A DNA stretch of 64,000 bases from Candidatus Poribacteria bacterium (GTDB lineage: Bacteria; Poribacteria; WGA-4E; GCA-2687025). Each line of letters opens with the position of its first letter. The first letter of the stretch is position 1. The notes under the pieces were generated by a model, which saw only the letters and a list, made by a program, of their open reading frames with translations, was not told the origin of the DNA and ran no database searches. Made by a program: the position numbers and the translations under genes. Of the stretch, positions 9,463 through 18,764 are shown piece by piece. The stretch lies in contig OY762492.1 in assembly GCA_963665845.2 (NCBI GenBank), positions 2,816,001 to 2,880,000 on the forward strand, in the 5' to 3' direction.

Positions 9463-10857
9463 TTATTTCGCTTTCAGGTTCGCCCAAACGGAGGCAAGTT
9501 TTCCGCGCGGATCAACCTGCGCGACCACTTCGCCGGCGGAAGCGCCCGCGTGTAAAACGCCTTCGATCCCTCCGCTTCCTTCGATGGCGGAGACGGACGC
9601 CGGCTCGTTGAGCGGAAAGTTCGCCTCGTTCGCGTAGATCGTTTCAAGAATCCAGCGCCCGTCCGTAATCTGAATGTTGTCGAAGAAGGCGCGGTAGACG
9701 CCGCCGGGATGTCCGCCCGTCTTAAACGCGAGCGAGAGTTCGACAAGATCGCTTCCGTTGAGCGCGTTGAGAGGGATCTTGCGGTGGTACCATTTGTCGA
9801 CCGCATGGTCGGACAGGTCGGCATTCGGATCTGCCGACAGGTTGTTTTCATCTTTGGCGCCGCTTCCGCTAAGCGTCCGCCCGTCCGCGGCGACCGCGTC
9901 AATGCCGACGCTGTACACGGGGCTTTTGGAGGAGATGCGCGTTTGGTATTCCAAAAACATACCATCTGTAACGGCGAACCGCCCCTCCCATATTTTGATA
10001 TGCGCCTTCGCGTCCGATTCGGCTTGCGGAAGGTTGAAGTAAAAGACGATGAAGGAGCCTTCAGGTTTCCGCACAACGGCGCCGCCAGGGTCCGTTACTG
10101 TAACGGTCAAGGTCGTTTTGGAGGAGGCGCCATGCGCGTCCACAACGGTGAGCGACACCGTATAAACCCCCGCGTTCGGATAGGTATGCGACACATTCGC
10201 GCCCTGCGCCGAGGCGCCGTCTCCGAAGCTCCACATATACGCCGCAATGCCGTAATCGTCCGTCGAGTCGGTCGCGTCCAGTTGAAACGCCGCGCCCGTT
10301 TCAACCTGCGCCGCTCCCTTGATGACAGCGGTAGGCGCTTGATTCGGCTGAAGGGAGGCGTTCGTCAACTTCGCAACGGCAATCTGCTTTTCATCTGAAT
10401 TGAGAAACTTGGGGCGAATCGGTTTCAGCAGCGCCGCTGATTCGGAAAGGACGGTGAAGGAAACGGTACCGAGCAAACCGGAGCCGTCAACGCCGTTTTC
10501 GGTTGAGGTGACGGCGAGAAGAACCGACCCGTCCAGTTGATCAGGATCGTTCTGAATATCTTTCAGGATCGGAGCCACGGCGAAAGTGGAGCCGCCCTGT
10601 TTTAAAAAATCGCCCTCTTGGAACGAATCGAACTCTAGAACCGTTTTGGGATAGGCGACTTCAATCTGCCAGCCGAACAGGTCGACAGCGCCATCAATCG
10701 AAAGGCGTATATCGACTCGGCTGCCAGCGGTCGGCATCGGTCCCGGCGGAGGGGTGAGCGACACATCCGCCCCTGCCGCCTGCTGTAAAGTTGCGGCGCT
10801 CAAAGCGGCGGCAAGGAGCGGAGCGGCAAGTTTCATGAGCGCGTTATGGGTTCGCAT
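9463..10857 (-). CDS. Secreted cohesin-like plus PKD domain protein with conserved C-terminal motif
   Basis: Signal peptide; cohesin-like domain (DLFGWQIEVAY...EGDFL...GSGLLGTVSF); PKD domain (WSFGDG, HTYPNAGVYTVSLTV); ends VDPRGKLASVWANLKAK. Confidence 0.8.
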   Translation of the reverse strand: MRTHNALMKLAAPLLAAALSAATLQQAAGADVSLTPPPGPMPTAGSRVDIRLSIDGAVDLFGWQIEVAYPKTVLEFDSFQEGDFLKQGGSTFAVAPILKDIQNDPDQLDGSVLLAVTSTENGVDGSGLLGTVSFTVLSESAALLKPIRPKFLNSDEKQIAVAKLTNASLQPNQAPTAVIKGAAQVETGAAFQLDATDSTDDYGIAAYMWSFGDGASAQGANVSHTYPNAGVYTVSLTVVDAHGASSKTTLTVTVTDPGGAVVRKPEGSFIVFYFNLPQAESDAKAHIKIWEGRFAVTDGMFLEYQTRISSKSPVYSVGIDAVAADGRTLSGSGAKDENNLSADPNADLSDHAVDKWYHRKIPLNALNGSDLVELSLAFKTGGHPGGVYRAFFDNIQITDGRWILETIYANEANFPLNEPASVSAIEGSGGIEGVLHAGASAGEVVAQVDPRGKLASVWANLKAK

Positions 10858-10960
10858 GGGCGCGTCCTTCCTTTTAAATTAAAGCGCTGCGGTCGTTTTC
10901 CCATGTTGAATTTAACGATCCTCCCGCCCGATGCGTACCGCCGCGTGTTGATATGGGCGA

Positions 10961-12007
10961 TTATGAGGCGGCGCGGATATACTCTTCGCTCACCTCCAGG
11001 TCTTTGACCGCGTCCGCGGCGGGCGCGAGGTTTGGCGCGCCATGCTGTATGGAGGCGGCGAAGGCGCGCGCCTGCTCCTCAAACGCCCATTTCTGCGGCA
11101 GGTAAAGCCGCGTCTCCTGCGGCGGATCGCCCGCGCGGTAGATGGTCGCCTCGCCGGCGCGGTGGCGCGCCATCGGCGCCGGCATCTCCAAATGCACATA
11201 GCCGCTGTCAAAATGCGCCGTGTAGGTTTCAATCCACCGGTATTGAAGCCCGCGCTCCGCCATCTCAAGTAGAATGAGAGCGCCGCTGTCCGACACGGCG
11301 GTCATAACGCGCCCGCCGCTGTCCGCGTATTCGACGCGGTAATCTTCTCCCAGCAGATACCGAATCAGGTTGATCTGATGAATGTAAAAATTGATGAACC
11401 CGACATACCGATTTCCCTGATGCTCATCCATCCATTCGGGCGGCGATTCGCCCGTTTGCCCCGCATACGCAGGCGTATGGTCGCCTCGGTGGATGGGCGG
11501 CTCATGCTCCATCGTCCAGTCGCCGGGCGGCATGCAGACGCGCAGGTAGCTCAGGTTGCCCGCCTCGCCCGTTTCGCGCCACTGCTGAATGGTTTGCCGC
11601 GCCGCCTTCGCGCCGACATCATGCCGTTTCATATACCCGATCTGGTAATGAACGCCCTTCTCTTCGGCAAGCGCGTTCAGTTCCCGCGCGTTGTCGGGTC
11701 GAATGCAGATCGGTTTTTCGGTGATGAGAGGCTTGCCGGCGTTCAAAATATCCCGCGCAAGCGAGTTGAACAGGTGAAAGCCCATGACGGCGACCACCCC
11801 GTCGATGCTCTCATCCTCTAGGAGCGCATGATGGTCGGGATAGATTTTCGGTATGCCGAATTTTTGGGCGACCGCCTTCGCGGTTTCGGCTCTTCCTTCG
11901 GCGAGGGCTGCCAGTTCGCAGCTGTCGATCTTGGCGTAATTCGCCATATGCGCATTTTGACCCATATAACCGGCGCCGACAAATCCGATGCGTACCTTTT
12001 CAGCCAT
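10961..12007 (-). CDS. Gfo/Idh/MocA family oxidoreductase
   Basis: RIGFVGAGYMG Rossmann motif; EKP motif. Confidence 0.9.
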   Translation of the reverse strand: MAEKVRIGFVGAGYMGQNAHMANYAKIDSCELAALAEGRAETAKAVAQKFGIPKIYPDHHALLEDESIDGVVAVMGFHLFNSLARDILNAGKPLITEKPICIRPDNARELNALAEEKGVHYQIGYMKRHDVGAKAARQTIQQWRETGEAGNLSYLRVCMPPGDWTMEHEPPIHRGDHTPAYAGQTGESPPEWMDEHQGNRYVGFINFYIHQINLIRYLLGEDYRVEYADSGGRVMTAVSDSGALILLEMAERGLQYRWIETYTAHFDSGYVHLEMPAPMARHRAGEATIYRAGDPPQETRLYLPQKWAFEEQARAFAASIQHGAPNLAPAADAVKDLEVSEEYIRAAS

Positions 12008-12061
12008 AAAGCATGACTCCCGTTTTTTGACCGATTCATTTTAGCCGATTCTCTCCGCCGC

Positions 12062-12520
12062 GTCATGCGCCCCACCCTGTCATTCCCGCGCCCACCCTGT
12101 CATTCCCGCGCCCCACCCTGTCATTCCGCGCCCCCTTCTCGTCATTCCCGCGCAAGCGGGAATCCAGAGGCGCGTCCCAACGCTCCGCATTCCCCATCTG
12201 CGCCGTTTCCCCGGAGCGTCATTCCCGCGACCCACCCTGTCATTCCCGCGACCCACCTTGTCATTCCCGCGCCCCACCCTGTCATTTCCGCGCCCCACCT
12301 TGTCATTCCCGCGCCCCACCCTGTCATTCCCGCGTAAGCGGGAATCTTAGGCGCCGCCGTTGCCGTCTGAACTAAGATTGCCAAGATAGAAAAGATTGCC
12401 AAGAAAATTCCTGCATACCGCTCTCTTGGCAATCTTAATCATCCTTCAATCTTAGTTCAAAACCAACTTCAACCCGCGCGCTCAAACCCCCCTAGCCCAT
12501 TTTCAAGGGGGAATCGGACG
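12062..12520. repeat. Tandem 20-21-bp half-palindrome units plus composite repeat module
   Basis: CCCACC(C/T)TGTCATTCCCGCG repeated about 8 times in two runs, each ending in a full palindrome, followed by the same long hairpin and C/G hairpin as at 3152-3350. Confidence 0.9.
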
Positions 12521-12576
12521 TTGCGCCGTCAGCCGAATCGGTATAGGATGCGCAGACCTGTTGAACGGAGGAGCCG

Positions 12577-14088
12577 ATGAGTCAGGAACGCCCGAACATA
12601 CTGTTAATCACGAGCGACCAGCAGCATTGGAACACGCTGGGCTGTCTCAACCCGGAGATCGAAACGCCGAACCTGGACCGCCTCGCCGAGCAGGGGACGC
12701 TCTTCAACCGCGCCTATGTCCCGAACCCGACCTGCACCCCGACGCGCGCCTCCATCATCACCGGCATGTATCCGAGCCAGCATGGAGCCTACTCGCTGGG
12801 AACGAAGCTGATGGAGGATGTCCATACTGTCGGCGAGGATTTTTCGGGCGCCGGCTATCAGACGGCTCTTGTCGGGAAGGCGCATTTTCAGCCGCTGCGC
12901 GAACGGGACGGCTACACATCTCTAGAGTCGTATCCGATCATGCAGGACCTAGACTTCTGGCGCGACTTCAACGGACCCTTCTACGGGTTTGAGCATGTCG
13001 AACTGGCGCGCAACCATGTGGACGAGGCGCATGTCGGGCAGCATTACGCGATCTGGATGGAGGAGAACGGGCTTGACAACTGGCGCGACTATTTCCGTCC
13101 GCCGACCGGCAACAACCGTTCGCAGCGGCACAAGTGGCTCATCCCCGAAGAGTTTCATTACGACCGCTGGATTGCGGAGCGTTCCAACGCGCTCATGTCG
13201 GAGTATGCGGAGAACGACGACCCGTTTTTCCTCTGGGCAAGCTTCTTTGATCCGCACCCGGCGTATCTTGTTCCTGAACCGTGGGACACGATGTACGACC
13301 CCGCCGCGTTGACGGTTCCTGAAGCGGCGCCCGGCGAGCATGACCGCAACCCGCCCCATTTTCAGATGACGCAGCAGAGGAAGCCCGACTTTTCACCCTG
13401 GCGGGAAAGCGGGCAGGGCATCCATGGCATGCGCTCGCATCTGTTTGACAAGGAAGCGATGGCAAAGAACATCGCCGTCTATTACGCAATGACGACGCTG
13501 ATGGACAAGTATATCGGCGTCATTTTAGACAAGCTGGAGGCGCTGGGGCTGGCGGAGAACACGCTTGTGCTGTTCACCTCAGACCATGGGCATTTTTACG
13601 GGCAGCATGGCCTCATTGCGAAGGGGCCGTTCCATTATGAAGACCTGATCAAGGTTCCGTATATCGTACGCATGCCAGGGCGGACGCCGGCGGGCGAGCG
13701 TTCAGACGCGCTCCAGACGCTTGTCGATCTGGCGCCGTCCTTCTTGAGCGTCTGCGGAATCGAACCGCCGGGGACGATGACGGGAGTCGACCAAAGCGGC
13801 GTCTGGTTCGGCGAGACCGACGCGGCGCGCGACCATGTCGTGGTGGAGAACCGCCATGAGCCGACGACGATCCATGTCAAGACCTATGTTGACGCGCGCT
13901 ACAAGCTGACGGTCTACTATCAGCAAACCTACGGCGAGCTGTTCGATCTGGAGAGCGACCCCGATGAGACCCATAACCTGTGGGGCGACCCGTCCTATTC
14001 GGCGTTGAAGGCGGAGCTGATCCAGAAGCTGCTGTTCGCCGAGATGGGCAAAGAGCCGCTGCGGATGCCGCGCATATCGGGCGCCTAG
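12577..14088 (+). CDS. Sulfatase (formylglycine-dependent)
   Basis: RPNILLITSDQ; CTPTRAS (CxPxR); GKAH; FTSDHG; ELFDLESDPDE. Confidence 0.93.
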   Translation: MSQERPNILLITSDQQHWNTLGCLNPEIETPNLDRLAEQGTLFNRAYVPNPTCTPTRASIITGMYPSQHGAYSLGTKLMEDVHTVGEDFSGAGYQTALVGKAHFQPLRERDGYTSLESYPIMQDLDFWRDFNGPFYGFEHVELARNHVDEAHVGQHYAIWMEENGLDNWRDYFRPPTGNNRSQRHKWLIPEEFHYDRWIAERSNALMSEYAENDDPFFLWASFFDPHPAYLVPEPWDTMYDPAALTVPEAAPGEHDRNPPHFQMTQQRKPDFSPWRESGQGIHGMRSHLFDKEAMAKNIAVYYAMTTLMDKYIGVILDKLEALGLAENTLVLFTSDHGHFYGQHGLIAKGPFHYEDLIKVPYIVRMPGRTPAGERSDALQTLVDLAPSFLSVCGIEPPGTMTGVDQSGVWFGETDAARDHVVVENRHEPTTIHVKTYVDARYKLTVYYQQTYGELFDLESDPDETHNLWGDPSYSALKAELIQKLLFAEMGKEPLRMPRISGA

Positions 14089-14858
14089 GGACTGGCGCGC
14101 AGGCGTTCGTCCGCGAAAAGCAGCCCCTTGAGCGTCAGATACGGGTCGATGGCGTCCACCAGCTCCGAATGCGGCGCCAGAACGCCCGACAAGCCGCCGG
14201 TCGCTATGACGGTCGGCTTCGCGTTCAGCTCGTCGGCGATCAGCTCAAGCATGCGCTCCATCTGTCCTAGGTAGCCGTAGTAGAGGCCGGACTGTACGCA
14301 TTCGTTCGTGTTTCGCCCTATGACGCGCGGCGGCTTTTCAATTTTTTCAAGCGGTTTCAACATGGACGCTTTTTGAAACAGCGCGTCGATGGAGATCTGA
14401 ATGCCGGGCATGAAGGCGCCGCCGCGGAAGACTCCCCCCTCGCCGACGACATCTAGGTTCGTCGCGGTGCCGAAGTCGACAACGACGGCGGGCAGCGGGT
14501 AAAGGCGGAGAGCGGCAAGGGCGTTCAAGGCGCGGTCGGCGCCGACTTCGCTTGGGTTGTCCACATCCAGCCGAATGCCGAGGTTCGATGCGGTCGCAAT
14601 CAGCGGCTCGCGGCGGAGATACCGGGCGCACGCTTGGGAGAAGGTTTGCGTCAACGCGGGAACGACCGAAGCGGCGCAAACCCGTTCAACCCGCGTCGGG
14701 TCTTGTCCGCCCGCTTGCATGAGGGAGATGAGCAGCGCGCCGTATTCGTCCGCGTTTTTGTTCAGGTCGGTTCGGAGCCGCCACGGTTGAATGAGCCTGC
14801 CGTTTTGGAACAGGCCGAGGGCGATCTCGGTGTTGCCGATGTCAGCCGTTAGCAGCAT
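14085..14858 (-). CDS. coaX: Type III pantothenate kinase
   Basis: LLTADIGNT, GADR, VVDFGTAT and VIATGG motifs. Confidence 0.95.
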   Translation of the reverse strand: MLLTADIGNTEIALGLFQNGRLIQPWRLRTDLNKNADEYGALLISLMQAGGQDPTRVERVCAASVVPALTQTFSQACARYLRREPLIATASNLGIRLDVDNPSEVGADRALNALAALRLYPLPAVVVDFGTATNLDVVGEGGVFRGGAFMPGIQISIDALFQKASMLKPLEKIEKPPRVIGRNTNECVQSGLYYGYLGQMERMLELIADELNAKPTVIATGGLSGVLAPHSELVDAIDPYLTLKGLLFADERLRASP

Positions 14859-14971
14859 AGGTTCTTTCAGGCGGTTGAGGTCGGTTGGCGCCGCTTTGAT
14901 GATGTTAGCCGTTTACGCCGCTTTTTTCCAGCGGGAAGGCGCCGCAGAAACGCCCGCGTTCGCATTCAGGG

Positions 14972-15000
14972 TTGACGCTCGCCGACGGATGCGCTACATT
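14972..15000 (+). promoter_or_regulatory. Sigma70-like promoter of the TPR gene
   Basis: TTGACG-N17-TACATT, 38 bp upstream of ATG 15039. Confidence 0.6.
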
Positions 15001-15038
15001 ATTCAGTGTGATAGAAACGCAACATAGGATGAACAGAC

Positions 15039-15920
15039 ATGAGCCGTCAGAAAACCAAACCGAGAAACGCCGCCGACATCATCGCCTATATCAACCGCGG
15101 CAAAGATCACACCAAAAGGGGCGATTTTGAAGCCGCCATTGCGGATCACACCAAAGCGATAGAGATCAATCCAAACGATGCTGTCCTCTATTCCATCGCC
15201 TATTCCAATCGCGGCGTTGCTTACGCCGAAAAAGGCGATCTGGACAGCGCCATTGCGGATCACGCCAAAGCGATAGAATTCAATCCAAACTCGATCGCCG
15301 CCTACATCAATCGCGGCAGCGCTTACGCCCAAAAAGGCGATTTTGAAGCCGCCATTGCGGATCACACCAAAGCGATAGAACTCGATCCAAACTTGGATGT
15401 CGGCTATTACACTCGCGGCGTTGCTTACGCCCAAAAAGGCGATTTTGAAGCCGCCATCGCAGATTACAGCAAAGCGATAGCGCTGGATCCAAACGACCCC
15501 GACGCTTATTTCAACCGCGGCGTTGCTTACGCCGAAAAAGGCGACTTTGACGACGCCATCGCAGATTACAGCAAAGCGATAGCGCTGGATCCAAACGATG
15601 CGAAAGCCTATTGCAACCGCGGCTCTGCTTACGCCCAAAAAGGCGATTTTGACAAGGTCATCGCGGATTGCAGCAAAGCGATAGAGATCAACCCAAACGA
15701 TGCCGTATCCCATCAAAATCGCGGAGGCGCTTACTTCCAAAAAGGCGATCTGGACGGCGCCATCGCGGAGTACAACAAATCGATAGAGATCGATCCAAAC
15801 GATGCCATAGCCTATCGAAATCGCGCCGATGCGTACTTCAAAAGGGATGGTTTTGCAGCCGCCGTCGAGGATTACAGAAAAGCGCTTGAGCTTGAGGAGG
15901 CTAGCGGAGAGGAATCCTAG
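15039..15920 (+). CDS. Tetratricopeptide repeat protein
   Basis: About 8 34-aa TPR units (AY.NRG.AYA.KGD...AIAD..KAI.LDPN). Confidence 0.93.
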   Translation: MSRQKTKPRNAADIIAYINRGKDHTKRGDFEAAIADHTKAIEINPNDAVLYSIAYSNRGVAYAEKGDLDSAIADHAKAIEFNPNSIAAYINRGSAYAQKGDFEAAIADHTKAIELDPNLDVGYYTRGVAYAQKGDFEAAIADYSKAIALDPNDPDAYFNRGVAYAEKGDFDDAIADYSKAIALDPNDAKAYCNRGSAYAQKGDFDKVIADCSKAIEINPNDAVSHQNRGGAYFQKGDLDGAIAEYNKSIEIDPNDAIAYRNRADAYFKRDGFAAAVEDYRKALELEEASGEES

Positions 15921-15978
15921 AAACCCCGAAGCGTCCGCCCGCCAAGTGACTCCCGGCGCGTCCCCCTTCCCCCGCTTT

Positions 15979-17397
15979 TCACGCCTCCTTTTTCTTTTCG
16001 CCGACGATGCGTTCCTTGAGCCGCTCGGCGAATTGGTCGACGGCGCGGTCTATTTTGCGGTAGATCGGCGTCTTATTAGCGGCGGACGCAAACAGATTAT
16101 GCAGCGAATGGGAAACCGCCGTGACCCAGAAGGCGCGCCAAAGCGACGTTGGATACCAGCGGACAAACGGATAACCGAGATAGACGCCGCCGGGTATGCC
16201 CGCCCCGACCCCCTTTCCGACATGATCAACATAATGCGCCCATGCGAAGAGCGCCGCCGAGACGATGAACTGCGTCCCGGCGCTGAATCCCGCCGCGCTC
16301 AACAATCCGATCGGAAGAGCCTGAAAAAAGAGCGTTTCGCCGATGGGCGCGAACACCATCGGCAAGTAAAACGCTTTGTCATGGGTGAATTCGATCTCTT
16401 CCTTATGATCGTCGTTCGGTTTTTCGTCCGTATCGTCTCCGTTTTTACGATCTTTTTTCGGCTTGTCATCCGTTTCGGCGCTGTCTTTTGTCTCATTTTT
16501 CGGTTTTTTGTCTCGCTTCGGCTTTGTTTGATCTCCGAGGAACGCCACTGCAAAATTCGCCAAAAACCAAAACGGAACCGAAGCGGCGGACCCCTCCAGC
16601 GAAATCAGCAAACAGAATTGCCAGGGTCCGTATTCCGCATACCGCCCCTGAAACCATTCGACGATCCAGCCGCCGGCGCCGCTCCATATGCATAGCCCGG
16701 CGACGAGAACCGCCGCCGTGAACGATCTCCACCGCTTCACCGCCTCTATCGGCGCCATGATGAGCATCGCAACGGAGCCGACGCCCGACAAAAAGAGCGC
16801 GCGAACCGTCGTGTATTGAAAAACGGCGAAAACAAGCGTCGTCATGCCTATAGCCAGCAGCCATGACGAAGCCGCCCAGTGCGCAAAAGCGAACCCGATG
16901 TAGAGAGAGGGCGCGATCATCAATAGAAACGTCAACTTCTGGGATTTCGCCGCTGTGAAGCAGCAAGCGGCGGCGAGCGCCTGCGTTCCCATACCGCAGC
17001 CCGCCAGTTTCATGACCAGAACCGGCGCCGCATGGTAGAGCAGCGCGGATTGAATTGGATCGATCAGGATTTTGCGGACGAGGCTTTTCTTTTTCTTTAG
17101 GCTTTTCGGATCCTCAGGCGCCTTTCGCAGCTTGTTAAGGATGACGACCGAAAGGGATATCACGGCGACGACAGCAAACCGCTCTAAAGAAATGAGCGCC
17201 AAGAGCGTCAACGGCGAAAATCGTTCATACCGCCGAAGCCATCCGACCGCCCATTCATGCTGATTGGCGGCGCCGTCTAGGGCGTACAAAACCGCCATGG
17301 CGGCGAGGGCCGCGGCGGTTCGAAGGATGATATTGCGCGTTTTTTGGCGCGGCTGCGTCTCGTTTTCGGGAGATTCAGCCGCCATCGGCTCGCTCAT
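15979..17397 (-). CDS. Multi-pass membrane protein with C-terminal CPBP (CAAX protease/Abi)-like domain
   Basis: Many hydrophobic segments; APIGETLFFQ, LFAWAH and HSLHN resemble CPBP motifs. Confidence 0.65.
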   Translation of the reverse strand: MSEPMAAESPENETQPRQKTRNIILRTAAALAAMAVLYALDGAANQHEWAVGWLRRYERFSPLTLLALISLERFAVVAVISLSVVILNKLRKAPEDPKSLKKKKSLVRKILIDPIQSALLYHAAPVLVMKLAGCGMGTQALAAACCFTAAKSQKLTFLLMIAPSLYIGFAFAHWAASSWLLAIGMTTLVFAVFQYTTVRALFLSGVGSVAMLIMAPIEAVKRWRSFTAAVLVAGLCIWSGAGGWIVEWFQGRYAEYGPWQFCLLISLEGSAASVPFWFLANFAVAFLGDQTKPKRDKKPKNETKDSAETDDKPKKDRKNGDDTDEKPNDDHKEEIEFTHDKAFYLPMVFAPIGETLFFQALPIGLLSAAGFSAGTQFIVSAALFAWAHYVDHVGKGVGAGIPGGVYLGYPFVRWYPTSLWRAFWVTAVSHSLHNLFASAANKTPIYRKIDRAVDQFAERLKERIVGEKKKEA

Positions 17398-17519
17398 ATG
17401 TAGTAATTTTCGGATGCGCCGTGCGTATTGTTCAGGTCATTATGGCGCCGAACAGGCTGCAGATCAAGCGGAATGGACGGCGTATAGTACACTCATACAG
17501 GGCTATTCGCGGCGCCGCG

Positions 17520-17613
17520 TCCGATTCCCCCCTTGAAAAGGGGGGCTAGGGGGGTTTCCGCGGGCGCGGACAGCGCCTGCGGCGCCTAAGATTCCCGCTT
17601 GCGCGGGAATGAC
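17520..17613. repeat. Palindromic repeat pair (reverse orientation)
   Basis: TCCCCCTTGAAAAGGGGGG hairpin and GATTCCCGCTTGCGCGGGAATGAC. Confidence 0.85.
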
Positions 17614-17738
17614 GCGGAGGAGCGCGAGATGACGGTCAGGTTGGGGGAGCCTTTTCCCAATAACAACGGCGGACGCTGCGTCTTGATTCATCGGGCGGAA
17701 GGCGCTACATTCAGACGCAAAAGCGGAGGCGATAAAAG

Positions 17739-18764
17739 ATGAAACAGCTGCCCCTTAAAATAGGCTTGATCGGATGCGGCGGAATCGTTCAGCGAATCCA
17801 TTCGCCGGCGTATATGAGCATGCCTGAACTGGCGGCCGTCCATGCGTTGTCCGATCCGAGCAAGGCGAGCCGTCAAGCGGTCGCGGAGCGGCATGATGTG
17901 CCGCCTGACCGGCAATACGCCGATTTCCGAGACATGCTCTCGGCGGGCGGGCTGGACGCGGTTGTCGTCGCGACGCCGCACTCGATGCATTGCGCGCAGG
18001 CTGTTGAGGCGTTGAAGGCGGGTGTCGCTGTCGTTTCGGAGAAGCCGATGGCGGTCTCGGTTGAGGAGGCGGACGCGATGATCGAAGCGGCGGAACGCGG
18101 AAAGGCGCCCTACGCGGTTTGCCATAACCTGCTCTTTTCCCCAGCGATGCGGGAGGCGTCTCGTCTTCTGGCGGACGCCGATTTTGGGGAACGCGGGTTA
18201 GGGCGTTCGCAATCAATCTTTTTGAAGCCGCCCGTCCTTGCCGAAAACGACTGGCGCGCGACGCGCAAAGCGGGAGGCGGCTGCCTCATCGATTCAGCCT
18301 ACCATGAGATTTACGCCGTGGAGGCGCTGATGGGTTCGCCCGTCCAGTATGTAGAGGCGCGCGTCAAGACCTCCTTTTATGAGATCGACGTGGACGACTT
18401 GGCGTTTCTGCTGCTTGAGCATGCGAACGGCGCCGTCTCGACCGTCTCCTCCACATGGCGCGCGCCGGCGTTTGGAACGGAAGGCGGGCGGTGGTGCGAG
18501 GTTCACGCGGAAGGCGGCTCGGTGAGAGTGTACCATCGAGAGAAGGCGCCGCTGTCGGTCTTCACGCGCGCCCGCGGCTGGCAAACGCCCATGGAAGCGC
18601 AGGCGGACGGGACGGGGCATACAGGTTTTTTCCGCGCGGCGTTTGAAGCGCTGGCAAATGGAGAAGCGGCGCCTGTTGACGCGCAGGCGGGGCGGCGTCA
18701 GCTGGCGGTCATAGAGGCGGCGCGCCGCGCCACATCGGAACGCAAAGCGGTGGAGATCAAATGA
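17739..18764 (+). CDS. Gfo/Idh/MocA family oxidoreductase
   Basis: KIGLIGCGGI; EKPMA; GGGCLIDSAYH. Confidence 0.92.
   Translation: MKQLPLKIGLIGCGGIVQRIHSPAYMSMPELAAVHALSDPSKASRQAVAERHDVPPDRQYADFRDMLSAGGLDAVVVATPHSMHCAQAVEALKAGVAVVSEKPMAVSVEEADAMIEAAERGKAPYAVCHNLLFSPAMREASRLLADADFGERGLGRSQSIFLKPPVLAENDWRATRKAGGGCLIDSAYHEIYAVEALMGSPVQYVEARVKTSFYEIDVDDLAFLLLEHANGAVSTVSSTWRAPAFGTEGGRWCEVHAEGGSVRVYHREKAPLSVFTRARGWQTPMEAQADGTGHTGFFRAAFEALANGEAAPVDAQAGRRQLAVIEAARRATSERKAVEIK

Noticed and set aside
12062-12345. CRISPR array or coding ORFs (VIPA/GMT-repeat peptides)
   Set aside because: These are simple tandem half-palindromes; the ORFs are translations of the repeat.
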